From: Octopus sinensis
Taxonomy: Eukaryota
Assembly (NCBI RefSeq): GCF_006345805.1
Contig: NC_042998.1
Span: forward strand, 42,656,001 to 42,720,000
Length of the DNA: 64,000 nt
Direction: 5' to 3'
Shown here: positions 49,678 to 62,453 of the stretch, in pieces
Layout: every line of letters starts with the position of its first letter
How positions within the stretch are numbered: the stretch's first letter is position 1
Made by a program: the position numbers and the translations under genes
The notes under the pieces: generated by a model
What the model was told of the DNA's origin: nothing
What the model saw: only the letters and a program-made list of their open reading frames with translations
Databases searched by the model: none

Positions 49678-52600
49678 GACAGGCTTCTTTCAGTTTCCGT
49701 CTACCAAATCCACTCACAAGGCATTGGTCGGCCTGGGGCTATAGCAGAAGACACTTGCCCAAGATGCCACGCAGTGGGACTGAACCCGGAACCATGTGGT
49801 TGGTTAGCAAGCTACTTACCACGCAGCCACTCCTGCGCCTTTATATATTGAAGAAAGTAAATTGAAATTGGACAGATTTATCAATCATGACTCCTCAACA
49901 CACAACTGTCTTCTGTTTTTAAAACTGAATTTCAAAATATAGTAATTCAGAATGGCTGTAAAAATTAGTACAACTGGCATCAGCATATTAATTTTTACAT
50001 TGGTTTTTTTTCCACGTTTGCATGGGTATTTCTTCTTCATCACAACAGCTCACTGTTTGTCATGTCTCTTAGTCAGTTCTTTTGTGAGGTTCAGCATCTT
50101 GACATCAGTTTTCATTTTTCTTTGGTCTTCTTTCTCTGTAAATTGCTCCTACTTAGCTCTCATAGCACTTCTTTACCCAACTACCATCCTCCATGACCAT
50201 ATCAGTCCGGTCCTCTCCTTGTACACTACATCTGATACCCACTTTTACTGTGTTTTATTAGTCATTACACTAATAGTATACATCAATCAAAACATGCTTA
50301 ATACAAAGTATTTAAAATATTGTTGAACCCAGACAAATGGTTCATTATATCACATACACTTCTACATTGTACATTTGGTTTATGGGAGTTTTTAAATGAT
50401 TATAACTCATGTCAGCCTAATATCGTAATATTTTATTAGTCTTCACACATGAAGCTCTAATCTTTTTCCATACTTGATAGAACACTAATCTGTCTCATGT
50501 GCCAAATACTGTGAACGGAGAAGCAATAAAATCCTGCCCAAAAATACAATGAAATTTTTTGAGAATATACAAATGCACAACTCCTGAGTCAAGCATTTTC
50601 TTTCAGAGCATAAAAAGATTACAAAAAAGCAATTTATATTTGGTACTAAGACCAGAATTAAAGGTTTTTTTGCCATCTTTTTGAAGCTGCTAAGCTTTTT
50701 ATACATTTTGTATGTTGAATTGAGACATCTGTTCTCTTGAGATTAAATAAATTGAAATCACTTTAAAATTGGGAGTTTGTACCATAGGACCAAAGGTGTC
50801 TCAGCTGATTTGGTTTTAAAAGGGTTATATTCATCCATACTGAGAGATAGAAAGCTGTCAGATAACATTAATGCACTTAATATTCATCTTGAATAGTGAT
50901 TGCTTGAGAAACCTGAACAGAAAAAATTCCATTGAGGTATCTGTCATGAAAAGAAAGATAACACGAGCATTCTGTATGATACTTGCTCATTTTCTATCAT
51001 CCAATATTCTTGACTCTTCTAGTTACAACTTACTTAGTATATACTAAACTTAATTTTCATCCCTTAAAATTTATGTTATACTTTCTGTTAAACCTTGTTG
51101 CCCTGTTAGTTACTTTATGTGTGTATGTGTATATATAACTAATGTTACGCTGTTGTGTAAGGTGATGGACAGTATAATCTTAGAAAATACTTTACTGACG
51201 TTAATTATTTCCCTTTACCTTTTATCCTTTCGAAATCATTTATTGCTCATGGTTGTGTGACTAAGAGTTTACCTCACAACCACATGGCTCCAGGTTTGGC
51301 CGCACTTTGTAGCACCTTGAGCTAGTATTATTCCACCATGTAGGTTGAGCAATAGTTTGTGAGTGGAATTTGGGTGATAGAAACTGTGTCATATATATAT
51401 ATATATAAAAGTAATTTTAGAGACAGAACCATCTTCAACTCAATCAACACTGAAAGGTTTTATACCCACCACTCGATAAAATGTTAAAAATTAAATCTTA
51501 TACTAACTATATCTATTCTGAATCCTGTATTTTCCATTTATAAGACTACACATGTTTTATAAAAGTATGTTGGTATTGATTATATACGAGGTATCTAGTT
51601 TCAATACTTACTCGGGTCGACATACTCCCAATCTTCAGGTCTGGATTCCTCAACATTTTTCAATACCCCTATCTCTTATATACTTCCATGATATTCTGTA
51701 TTTTCAATATAATCTTACTTAACATATACAAATGAATAGAAATACAAATAATAAATATAAATAACTGAATATTAAAAATTGCTGGCCTTGTGCCAAAAAT
51801 TGAAACCAGTAATTGAATTCTGGACTGTCTACTACTATTGAAACTTAATTATTCAATATTCTTGCTGCTCAAAGCAGTCAGCTTAAACCAAGTAGAGCTA
51901 AGTTTTGTGGTTAAAAATACTTTATCAACTCAGCTAGTTATAATGCTATTATTACTAGACATGGTTTTCAATATTCTGTTAGCAGAACCTTTTTTGTGCT
52001 TTTTTCAAAAGACAAAAATTTATTTTTCAGCGTAGACTTTGTGGAATATAATTTTCCTGAACTCCTAAAAATAAATTTTTTGGCTCAAGCAAATGAATAT
52101 GCTCGGCAGTGTGTACAGCCACCCCTCCGGAAGAAACCAAAGTAATTATTTTTGTTTTCTAGTTTATTTTAAAACTGGTTTCTGTTTTTGTTTCAGTCTG
52201 TACAACAAACTTAATTGCAAGTAATGAGATTGTAGCCTAGATCAAAGCAATTTTGAACTCTTAATTGTTAAACAACAGCAAAAGGAAAATATAACAAAGT
52301 AAATTGCAATTCTTGAATTTCTGTTGTTAAAGAGTGCTAAAGACTGTTTCAGTATTTTTATATACACTTTTTTTTCTTTCAGTGATCCCCCTTTCCAAGC
52401 AAAACCGTCCTTATTACCTATATGTAAATTCCTTATTGTTGACTGTGTGAAAAACTATCCCTTACAAAAGTGTCCTATTTGCTGTGAATATGTTCTTCCA
52501 AAAGGTCCAGTTGTAAGTTGTTTTTTATTATTATTTATTTATTGACTTTGCTTACTGCTTTATGATTGCATTCTTATTCCTGGCATGTTAGGGTCTATCT

Positions 52601-54186
52601 TTCATTATGAATTAATTGATTTATCAGAAATGATATTTTTCATGACAATCTTTCTGCTAGTTATATTACACTTCAGTTAGCTTCTTTATAGTTATTGATG
52701 TTACCTTACTAATATACATTCTGTTCTTGATTCAACATATTATACTTTGATATAAGTAGAAGTTAAATAGGTCCAAGTAGACGATCTTCACGTACCCTCT
52801 CCTTTATTTTATTCTTGACCCATTATTTAAGAGTACTTGTTGAATATAGAACCCAACTGGTCGATTTTCGTTTACTCTCTACTTTTATGTTTGATGTTTT
52901 TTTTTTGTTTTTTTTTTTTCAATTATATCATCATTTATTTTTAACAGAAAGAATGTACGAGAGATAAACAAGTTGAGCGTGTTTATTGTGGCCATTTATA
53001 TCATCATTCTTGTTTGGCAACTTATATGAAAACACCTCCATTTATAGGTAAGTAAAGATTTCATTATCTTATGACTGGTTCATATCCAATATTTCTGGAC
53101 TGTATGTTAATTAAGGAGATAGAGAAAATACCAGTTGAATCAGATTTGTCTTGATAGCATATAAGATTTAGTTTAATTATTTTTGTTTTCAGCCAATAAT
53201 AATATATAACATTCATTCAAGCATCTTTATACAGATGAATATGATTTTCTCTACCTCCTTACCTTATGATCATTGAACTTCTCAATAACTCTTTCTTTCT
53301 CACAGTCAGTGTTACCTGTTTTGTTGTAGTTTCTGCCTTCTTTGCAGAATATTTATCATAGTTCATAATATAAAATTATAAGATTTTATTCTCTTCATTG
53401 TTTAATAACTAAACAAGTTTAAGAAAATTATTAAGCATGTCTCTTCCAAAAATGGACTTGTCTTTCTGATTTTCACTTATAAAACTTTTGAAATTTCACA
53501 AAAACTGAAATTATCAAGCTAATTTCATTTCACAATTCTAATAGACCATAACTACTTATTTAATTAAAATTCATGTAAACTTCTATTTGCCAATGCATGC
53601 TACAACCAGTTTCCTTGGATTCTGTTTAACCCTAAATTTACTTGGAAAGTGTAACGCCTAGTAATTAATTAATATCTTTCTGCTCACCTCATACTTTTCT
53701 CTATATCTTTCAGCTCCTATTTTTTGTAGTTTTCTTATTGTCATCTTGCTCAGTTTATTCTGGTTTATCTTTGATATGATCTCAAATATAACCAATAGAT
53801 TTTGAAAGTTCACTTGGTTTGCAGTTCAAATTTATAACTACTTAAATGCTTATGCCTTTTATTACAGTATTGCTATCGGTCTTAACAGAATCTTTTTTTT
53901 TTTTTTTTTTTTTTTTTGTAATTTCCTTGTTTCTTCTTTATTTGATCTAAACTTGCCACAAGTTTTGTGAATAAAGTATCTGTCAAAACCTGATTGTATT
54001 TTACAGTATGTTTGAGTTCAATATTCCATTTTTCTTTTTTTGTTAGGTGGGAAAAAATGCCCCGCATGCAACCAAAGAATTTTTCATGAAAAGTGGAAAA
54101 TCACTCCAGAGTTGGCTGAAGCTCGTTGGGCTCATAAACAAGCTAGAGAACGTGAACTAGATGAAGTAAAAGATTTCATGGCTTGA
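41803..54186 (+). CDS. Unnamed tandem RWD-like + RING-H2 protein, putative E3 ubiquitin ligase, 7 coding exons, 990 nt / 329 aa: join(41803-41924, 47432-47597, 47895-48115, 52031-52141, 52383-52512, 52948-53047, 54047-54186)
   Basis: All introns are GT-AG with consistent phases and the joined ORF is open from ATG to TGA. Two RWD/UBC-fold-like signatures (MQFPVNYPQE; VSVPIDYPKT). Zinc ligands CPIC...CGH..HHSC...CPAC give C3H2C3. Confidence 0.85.
42199..43200 (-). mobile_element. Two adjacent RTE LINE 3'-UTR copies; the first carries an internal ~65-75 bp minisatellite (42370-42720)
   Basis: Same 3' UTR block at ~42200 and ~42830; repeated gccac.ggcac...aacgatcacgctcg.atggtgc units. Confidence 0.75.
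45521..46037. repeat. Near-perfect 257-bp tandem duplication (45521-45777 / 45781-46037)
   Basis: One substitution seen (gagagag versus gatagag); 3-nt spacer tca. Confidence 0.92.
46500..47080 (-). mobile_element. Decayed RTE LINE 3' portion
   Basis: 3' UTR block plus a remnant resembling the 24400-24500 RT-tail region (IAMLHSSG..VLNAEDM). Confidence 0.7.
47432..47597 (+). CDS. RWD-RING gene exon 2 (KTSFKCLLMRMQFPVNYPQEAVIIEL...LNQPQ)
   Basis: Acceptor ttttgaag, donor gtaagt, 166 nt. Confidence 0.85.
47895..48115 (+). CDS. RWD-RING gene exon 3 (VGNMINFVSRFLDENNLCVC...VPIDYPKTQVG)
   Basis: Acceptor tttcccttag, donor gtaaga, 221 nt. Confidence 0.85.
48760..49365 (+). mobile_element. Two RTE LINE 3'-end copies in the opposite orientation (48760-48900, 49095-49365)
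   Basis: Reverse complement of the same 3' UTR block, each ending in (TGA)n. Confidence 0.7.
49413..49839 (-). mobile_element. SINE family A
   Basis: Reverse-complement copy, well preserved. Confidence 0.85.
52031..52141 (+). CDS. RWD-RING gene exon 4 (VDFVEYNFPELLKINFLAQANEYARQCVQPPLRKKP)
   Basis: Acceptor tatttttcag, donor gtaatt, 111 nt, phase 2-2. Confidence 0.85.
52383..52512 (+). CDS. RWD-RING gene exon 5 (DPPFQAKPSLLPICKFL...KCPICCEYVLPKGPV)
   Basis: Acceptor ttttctttcag, donor gtaagt, 130 nt; first RING CxxC. Confidence 0.88.
52948..53047 (+). CDS. RWD-RING gene exon 6 (KECTRDKQVERVYCGHLYHHSCLATYMKTPPFI)
   Basis: Acceptor tttttaacag, donor gtaagt, 100 nt; CxH and HxxC ligands. Confidence 0.9.
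54047..54186 (+). CDS. RWD-RING gene exon 7 (GGKKCPACNQRIFHEKW...ERELDEVKDFMA*)
   Basis: Acceptor ttttgttag; last CxxC; TGA at 54184-54186. Confidence 0.9.
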
Positions 54187-57100
54187 CTGGTTGCTGTTGT
54201 TCATTTTCGAGAAAGATCTCATATTTTAATACAAAATCTTGTCTGTATGCATGTGGGAGTGTATGTTTGTGTGTCTGTGTGCATGCGCATATCCATTCCA
54301 TTCAGCTCACATCAGTCAAAAGCTTTATTTAATTTACTTCCAGCCTTCTATAAAAAAAAAAAAAAAAGAAATGAAATTTTCCCTTCTCAAACTTGTTTTT
54401 TCATCCTGTGGAATTTATAATCAAACGAAATTTTCAATTAAATATCTGTTGATCACTGTTACATATTCTTAAATAATGTTTTCTCTCATTTATTTTAACC
54501 TGTTTTAAATTACCTGAAATTTTATTCCAATGGAAAAAATATTACTGTAAGCTTTTGATAAGCTGAATGTTTTGAAGGATTGGTTTAGAAGAGGATTTCC
54601 TACTTTTTGAATGTTATAAAGAACTTTAGCATTGAATAATGAAATATCAGCAATCATGCTACCTCATTTAAGTAAAAATAAAAGAAAAACACCATGTTTG
54701 TTTCTATGAGGTAGTGATTTCAGTGATTAGTTGTTGTTATTAGTTATAATCCTGATATAAATTTGAAATCTGGTTGAAATATATAAAGTGTTCTTTGTAC
54801 ATTTACAAGGCAAATTTTAATTGATGCAGTATTTTTGCCTTGGAAGTATATTCTTATAAAAAGTCATAATTAAATATAGGAAATGCGATGGAGTACAAAG
54901 AATTTGTAGCAAAAAGTGGACAAGATAAAATAGCAGATATTAAAGAGTAATGACTAAGAAAGCTCCAATACTAGCTTCGTCCAGCTCATGCTAGCATGGG
55001 GAGTTAGATGAACAACTATACTGAAATTCTTTTCAGTATAGTTGTAAGTTAGAGGAAATCCCATCAATTACGTTATAATTATTTTATAGAAGTAGTTATT
55101 TCATTTCTTCCAATGTTTGGCAATTCCATTATGATAATGTATATTGTGGTTATAATTAAGCCTTAAACAGTTTTCTTTTTAATTTACTTAAAAATGCAAG
55201 CATTCAGATTTGCGAAATTTATCACACCAGTGCTAGCATGGAAACATGAACTCAGAATAAAATTGCTACAACACTATACTTACTGGCATACTTCAAAGTA
55301 ATTTAAGAAAGTGGTTAGAACATGATATAACTTACATGACTTTGGGTGGATGAAAGATGGCAAAAATGGAATAAATGAATAAACAAGGAGATAAAAAAAA
55401 AAGAAGCAAAATGTTATATTTGATGTTACTCATCAAATATACAATTCTTATGAAATGTTTAGAAAGAAATTAGGAATTAGTCTAAAAGCAAAGTAAGTTT
55501 TGAAACTTCAATAATTTCGATTCCACTCATGTTTTTATATAATTTTCTGTACAGTTAGTGAATTGACACAGATTATCGTGTTTCATCTGTGTACTTCAGT
55601 TAAAATCATGCATCACTTAAAAAAAACAATGCCTTATTTCTTAGCTTTTTAGTATTTATAAATTGATACTGTGCCTTTTGCAATATATTCATAGTTAATA
55701 TAAAAATTTTATATAAATTAGTACTTTTCTAGAAATCAAATTCACTGCCAAATGTTTAGTAAAAGTGTTGGTTAATCAATTCTTAAAATATAAATTTCTC
55801 TAGAGCTGGTTTTCTTCTCATTTTCTCAGTTGATCTGTAAGTACACTAGTTCAGATTGGGTTTGTTTTTAATATAGTCAATAAGTTACCCTTTTTTTAAT
55901 TGAAACTTTTGAAATGTTAGCTGGATGGAATCTTTTTGTCTAATCCTAAACTGTGGGGGATAAGGGATGCAAGCGCTGTAAAATAGACTGCTTTATGCTT
56001 AAACAAAGTTTTGTCTAAAAAAAAAAAAAAGAAAAAGCAAAAAATGGTTATAAAAAAGGTATTTTCATTCATTATCCCAAAATAAAAATGTTATATTTTT
56101 AAATACTCATTTTATTTATTAAAATTTCAAGTATTTTGATAGATAATTTGTCTTGCTCTTTTTTCACTTCATATCACATTCCGTAAATTCCCTTGTTGAC
56201 TATATCATGTGTGTATTTGTTTATAGACTACCTCCCTTTATTAATTCATTCAGTGTTAAGTCTTACTGATGGGTATTTGTTTTATTCCATTCAGATTGTG
56301 ATTTTGTTGTTTTTGTTCATTACAATTTTAATTTTGATCTTGTTAAAAAATACAATGTTCATTGTTTATGTAGTCTTTCAAAGTGATATGTAATTTTTCG
56401 TCGTATTTATTGTTCAGCTTACCTCAAAAGTAAGAAAAAAATTACCAGTTACCTTATGAATTAATCTAATTATTAGTCCTCCATTGTAGAAAAGAGATAT
56501 AGTGTTTGGTCTTTTATGGCAAATATATTTTGATCATTAAGCATTCTAGATAAAGCTCCTTATTTGTTGTGTGCTTGCCTCTCTGCCTATATTGGTGACT
56601 AGTATCTAATTTAATGAAGATTGTATTGTACATTATCTCTATCTTGGAAAGATATGACATTCAGTGTATAACAGATTTTCTTTTCTTATTGTTTTTATTC
56701 TATCCTTTATCTGTGGTTAAAATCTTGAGATATATCAACTAACATAACTAGGAGCTGTATATTAAAATCATGTTGAAAATTTGCACTATCTTTATTGAAT
56801 AATCGTTTTGATAAGAATCTTGGTTTGTAAATTGGAATAATTTTATTATCATTATTAGTCAGCAAGCAGTGAGATAGCATTTATAATGAACTTGATTGAG
56901 CAAACTTTATATTAGTTTTTCCTGTTACTATATTTATCATGTGGGTAAGATATTAAGGTTTTAAGAATTGATGATTTATAAAATGCATGTGTATTTGGTC
57001 TGCTGAAGATGTTTAGTAACTTGATATTATATCTAGATATTTGTGTTAACTTTTAATCATGCTCTGCCAATCAAATTTCAATAAGTAAATTGATATCAAT

Positions 57101-59899
57101 AAAACATTATTGTGACAATTGTTATTAGTTAAGTTTCTGGAATTTTGTTTTATATCCATTTTTATGGATAAAAATAAAAATTATTCACATGTTAAGGAAG
57201 AGGACTAGTAGTTCTTTTTTGTTGCTGGTATTAGATATTTTCAATTTTTTTCTGTTGTTGATGGATTTATTCTTTTAAATTATCTGAACTAAAACAAGTC
57301 TTTAATTTTGTCCTTCATTTAAGAGAGCATGAAAAAATTTAGAGTATGCCAAGGGAGAAACAATCATTCATTAATGTAAAATGAAATCAATGTTCTTTTA
57401 AAAGTGTACTAATAAAATCAGACATAATGATTAAAGTTGATTAAAATGAGTTCAGTATAACTTGATTGGCAATGAGGACAAAAATCTTGTCATTGAGTCC
57501 TTAATTGGTTATGTAAAGTTGAGTTCCTGTGTGCCATGTAGGGATGAGAAATTTTCCAATTATTTTCTTGCAGTATTATTGTTATATATATGGGGTGGGG
57601 GGATATCCAAAATTTTTAACCAAAGAAATTATCACTTCATCCTAAATTATACATGATTTTTCTATTGGAATTTTATTTTCAATGTCATTAACCCCTTAAT
57701 TACAAAAATTTTTTTTTGTAATTAACACAGTATATATAATAAAAAAAGGAAATAAAAGAAATATGCCATGTCAAAATAATTGATCCATTATGGGGTTAAA
57801 CAGACAAGTCTATTACTTGTAATTCTTTAAAACCTAAAACAACTGAACAAAATTTTTGAATCAAGGTTTTGTTAGACTATAGACTCACAAAGAGATAGAA
57901 ATATTTTATGTATTTAATTTTTCTTTTCATCCCTGACCACTAAGTATATGAAATATTTTACAAATCTATATAAAATGGCCAAATGTAATTTTTTTTAATG
58001 AGATTATCTCAATCATTGTTTATTTTTAAGTTAATACCTCTAGTTATTTATAAGTTATACATTTTGATCAACACTTAAATGTTGTTGAAAGAAAAAATAT
58101 CTTACCAAACTTTAGTAAATTTTAACTAACGATTAATTAGTTTAATTTTTTCTTGAAATTTATCATTTTAATGTAATATTGGAATCATACATTTAAATTA
58201 TGCATTTTGTCAGTTATCAAAATACTGCTAATACTAATAATTCATTGGAATAGAACTCTTTAATAAATAGTTATCAATCATTTGACACTAAACGTGTAGC
58301 TAATGAGGAATTACAAGTTAGTTATTCCTTTCAAAATATTCCCCCCTGAGTCCTCTAGATGTATATCTGTCAGTGCTTAGAGACATCTCTGAATTAAAAG
58401 ATGTAACAAACAAATAAATATAATTTATTTTCTTTATTATGTGTTTTAGGTAATTTTCATCATTAAATATTTTAAGTGTAAAAATGAAAAAAAAAAAATT
58501 TTTAATTGAATGGTTAAATTTATTTTTAGAGTGTCTTAATATATTTCAAACATTTGTGCTCTGCATGCCTCTTGACTTTTTATTTATTGTTGTGGTGCCT
58601 GTAGTAAAGGCATATATAATCTGTTCCTACCTAATTTTGTTTCAAATGGTGAGATTCAAGCATAAATTTTTAAAATTATAACATCTCCTGCCTATTCCTT
58701 GTCAGTTTGAATCTCTTATTGAATTGGTCATCCTTTAGTGTATAAGCTGCCCCTAGGTATATTGAGGTAATCTTTAGAGTTCACTGCTCTATCATAGATG
58801 CAGTGTAGTGGCTGAATAGTAACTCCTGTTGAAAGCCGAACGTTTTCTTAACTCAAATATTATGATTATGTCAGCATTGAAATTCTGTGAATAATTTTGT
58901 GTACGTTGATTGTTTCAACAATTTATATTTAACTATTCAGTTTAACATATTTAGATGTAATTTTCAAGTATCCAAGTTGTTAAAGCTGTTATCAAATTAA
59001 ATGAAAGAAATTTTGTTTTCATCATTAACTATGGTTTTGTTCAATAATATCTGAGTGCAACTTTAGTTACTGTTGAACTTTAAACTAATATTAAAGTAAG
59101 TTGTCCCCTTTGAAATTGAATTAATGGGAAAAGACCATTCATATTACCATAAATTATTAATAGTTAATTGTCTGTGTACATGTTTTTATAATCTTAATAA
59201 CTGTAAATATTAATTGTAAATAAAAATAATCTAAAGAAACATTTATGAACTAGATATTTTCCTTATATTGTTATAAATATACCAGCCAGTAAAAATCAAT
59301 AAATCTTTCTTTCTGAAGTCTTTCCATTTTTGTTTAAGGCTTTTTAATTTTTCCATTGTTTTCTTGTAAGACACATTAAGCATAAATATAGTATGACTAG
59401 GACTGGTCTGTGAAGTGTGATTTTTCTAATTATAATTTGAAAATTTTGTAATGCTGACATCTTGAGTTAACAAGTTCCTTTCCTTTAGCCTAGAAACCAG
59501 TAATTCGCTCTGCATTTTTGTTAATCCTAAATCCTGAACAAGATCAGGATTAACTTGTCCTGTGCTTGGGGTTTCAGTCTGGACTGTTCTGATGCTGGCA
59601 CATACATCTCATCTTGTTCACAATTCTCTTCTGATTCACTAATGTCGGATAAAACCATTTTTGCAAGTACTGCAACTATCAGAATTCTGACCGAATAAGG
59701 TACAGGCCAAATGGCAGATTCAGATTTGGATACACCACCAACAACGCAGTCTTCATTTTTATACTTGTTAAGAAAATAAATTATTTTATAGCATTTCCTA
59801 TATTTAATGTATTGAATAAAAATAAATATATTCTAGATTTAATGCAAATAAAAACACACTTTTAACATCTACAAGAGAGAAATAACAGTCAGAATGGTG

Positions 59900-60170
59900 G
59901 CCTTGTGGTTCATGTCAAATCATTGGAATGCCAAACTGCATACTTCTTGACTTTCCCAAAGACCATTGGTACATGTACAACAGATATGTGGTGCGCAACT
60001 TTTATCTTGGTCTCCTATCTTGACACCAAAATATAAATAATACTGTCTTTTTACCAATGGTGCAATGTTTCTTGCATTCTTCTGGAATGCTACAACACCA
60101 CAGATATAACAAAATTTGTCTGGTTTGATTTCTACACTGCCCTCTTGGCATGCTAGCACAATTTTTATTC
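59900..60170 (-). mobile_element. Decayed DNA-transposon-derived ORF (superfamily not assigned)
   Basis: PDKFCYICG...LVKRQYYLYFGVKIGDQDKSCAPHICC resembles a Cys-rich N-terminal motif (GDQDK.WAPH) I recall from metazoan transposon proteins. No splice sites or start/stop context. Confidence 0.55.
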
Positions 60171-60496
60171 TAATTAAAAATCTAATTAAATATTTGCAGG
60201 TATTTTATAGTTTTTTTTTCTCTGACAATCCGAAAAATGAAAAATTGAATTTATAAAAATACTCTAATATTAAAAAGCCGAATTACCATAAACTAGAGTC
60301 GTTCTGTGAGAAATGGTTACCATTTTTGTGATCTACACATAAAACTACCATAGATAACAATATTGATCACTTCTCAGTCATTGATAGTGTGCTTATATGT
60401 GCCAGGATACAGGACTGGTTAGACTGAAAGGGCTCAAAGTTATTAGTAAAACTTCAAATATAAAAGATGTTTATATTTCTTAGAATGGTAAACTAG

Positions 60497-60599
60497 TATA
60501 GATGTTTTCGATCTAGTTTGGATTCTTTCCTATCAAATTTGAATTCTTTGCAATCAAATTTGATTGCAAAGAATCTAAACTAGATAGAAAACATCTATA
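60497..60599. repeat. Foldback palindrome
   Basis: Outer 32-bp arms match 30/32; perfect inner palindrome ttctttgcaatcaaatttgattgcaaagaa. Confidence 0.88.
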
Positions 60600-60668
60600 A
60601 GAAATCTGGAAAGAAGGATCATTTAATTAATAGACCCCTGTACTTGACTGATACTTTATTTTATCAGT

Positions 60669-60941
60669 ACAAATTGTTACCAGTTCAAATATGTTTGAAG
60701 CTTGTTCAAACCTATAAGAAAGCCATTCACTGTATTTTTGTCAAGGAGAAAATTTCTCACTGTAAGCAAATAGGTGTAAAGGCAGGAGATAACCACTCTG
60801 AAATGCATGCATCCAACAGTCTGGTTAGAGAGCATTGTAGACTAACTTGTCTTCAGCAAGAAATTTTCTCTGTGAAAAAATAATGGCTTTCTTATGGGAT
60901 CAAATATGCCTCAAACAAATTTGAACTGGTAACAAGTTTGT
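60669..60941. mobile_element. Foldback/MITE-like element with long imperfect inverted arms
   Basis: ttgttaccagttcaaatatgtttgaagc versus gcctcaaacaaatttgaactggtaacaa; inner arms gaaagccatt...gagaaaatttct versus agaaattttctc...aatggctttc. Confidence 0.65.
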
Positions 60942-61109
60942 CTATACACATCACTTCTTAGTGCTATTACCCATATTTTATTTACAAGCAAAGCACTAAA
61001 TAGCACAACTAGTCGTTGAACAATAATGGGAATATCTTAAGAGGGACCTGTCTCTGGTGTTAGTTTGCAGCATCTGCTTTCTAGTCTCTGTTTAGTCCTG
61101 TTACCCCAT

Positions 61110-61920
61110 ATTTTATTTTATCAATCTCCTGAAGGATGAAAAACAAAGTGAATTTTGGTAGGATTTGGATCCAGAATGTAAAGTGCTGGAACAAATACTG
61201 CAAGGAAATTTTTCAAACTCTTTAACAATTCTGCTAATCCACCATCCTTCAACAATAATAGGTTTCTGAGATTGACACAAGACAAGGACAATTCAGTTGA
61301 TCCCATCATGACTTGTATGTATTCCATCAACCCCAGAAGCACAGGATGAAGTTAATTTCTGCATTATTTGCATTCAGAATGGAGATGAACATAAATGCCC
61401 CAACACATTTTTTATGGTACTCTATGGTTACAAATTTTAGATAAGTAGTTGATTCAATCAACCCCAGGATTTCATTGTTACATATTTTATCAATAACAGG
61501 GATAGAGTAAACTTGAATTCAGAAGTTAAAAAGATGTAACTAAATTTTGGTTTCAAATTTTGGCAGTTTGGGGAAAGGGGATAAGCCAATTACATTGACC
61601 CCAGTGCTCAACTGGTACTTATTTTATCAACCCCAAAAGGATGACAGTAAAGTTAACTGCAGCCGTATTTGAACTCAGAGCGTAAGGATTGATGAAATGC
61701 TGCAAAACATTTTACCTGGTGTGCTAATGATTCTGCCAGCATGCCACCTTAACAAAATATTGCAAAACAGAATTTTTTACATAAGGCGAAGGCCAAAGAT
61801 TTGAGGAGAGAGACCCACCAATTATATAACCTTAATATGTTACTGATATTTATTGTATTGACCTCAGAAGATGGAATGACAAGAGTCACCTGTAGCAGAA
61901 TTTGATGTCAGAACATGAAG
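61110..61920 (-). mobile_element. Cluster of decayed SINE family C monomers (best copy 61545-61750)
   Basis: Repeated ctggtacttattttatcaaccc..aaggatga core. Confidence 0.65.
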
Positions 61921-62048
61921 TGGCAACTAAGTACAACATAGTATTTTGTTCAACAGCCAAGTGATTCTGCCATTGAATGCCTTTCGTAAAATAACAGGGA
62001 TGCTAGTTATGATGACAATGATAGTATTTAGCAATTCATTTAATAGGT

Positions 62049-62453
62049 GTAAGAGTGGCTGTGTGGTAAGTAGCTTGCTTACCAACCACATGGTTCTGGG
62101 TTCAGTGTGGCACCTTGGGCAAGTGTCTTCTACTATAGCCTCGGGCCGACCAAAGCCTTGTGAGTAGATTTGGTAGACGGAAACTGAAAGAAGCCCATCG
62201 TATATATGTATATATATATATGTGTGTGTGTGTGAATGCATGTGTATGTTTGTGTGTCTATGTTTGTCCCCCCAACATCGCTTGACAACTGATGCTGGTG
62301 TGTTTACATTCCCGTACCTTAGCAGTTCGGCAAAAGAGACCAATAGAATAAGTACTAGGCTTCCAAAGAATAAGTCCTGGGGTCGATTGGCTCGACTAAA
62401 TACGGTGCTCCAGCATGGCCACAGTCAAATGACTGAAACAAATAAAAGAGTAA
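62049..62453 (+). mobile_element. SINE family A
   Basis: Full-length copy. Confidence 0.85.

Noticed and set aside
51560-51660. Minus-strand CTGAAGA...GAAACTAG hammerhead-like pattern
   Set aside because: There are nine extra nucleotides before GAAA, no valid NUH pairing and no adjacent stem I. It is too degenerate to call.
58700-58900. SECIS element that would recode the RWD-RING TGA
   Set aside because: No convincing AUGA/GA quartet with an apical AA loop could be folded, and the TGA follows a natural-looking protein end.
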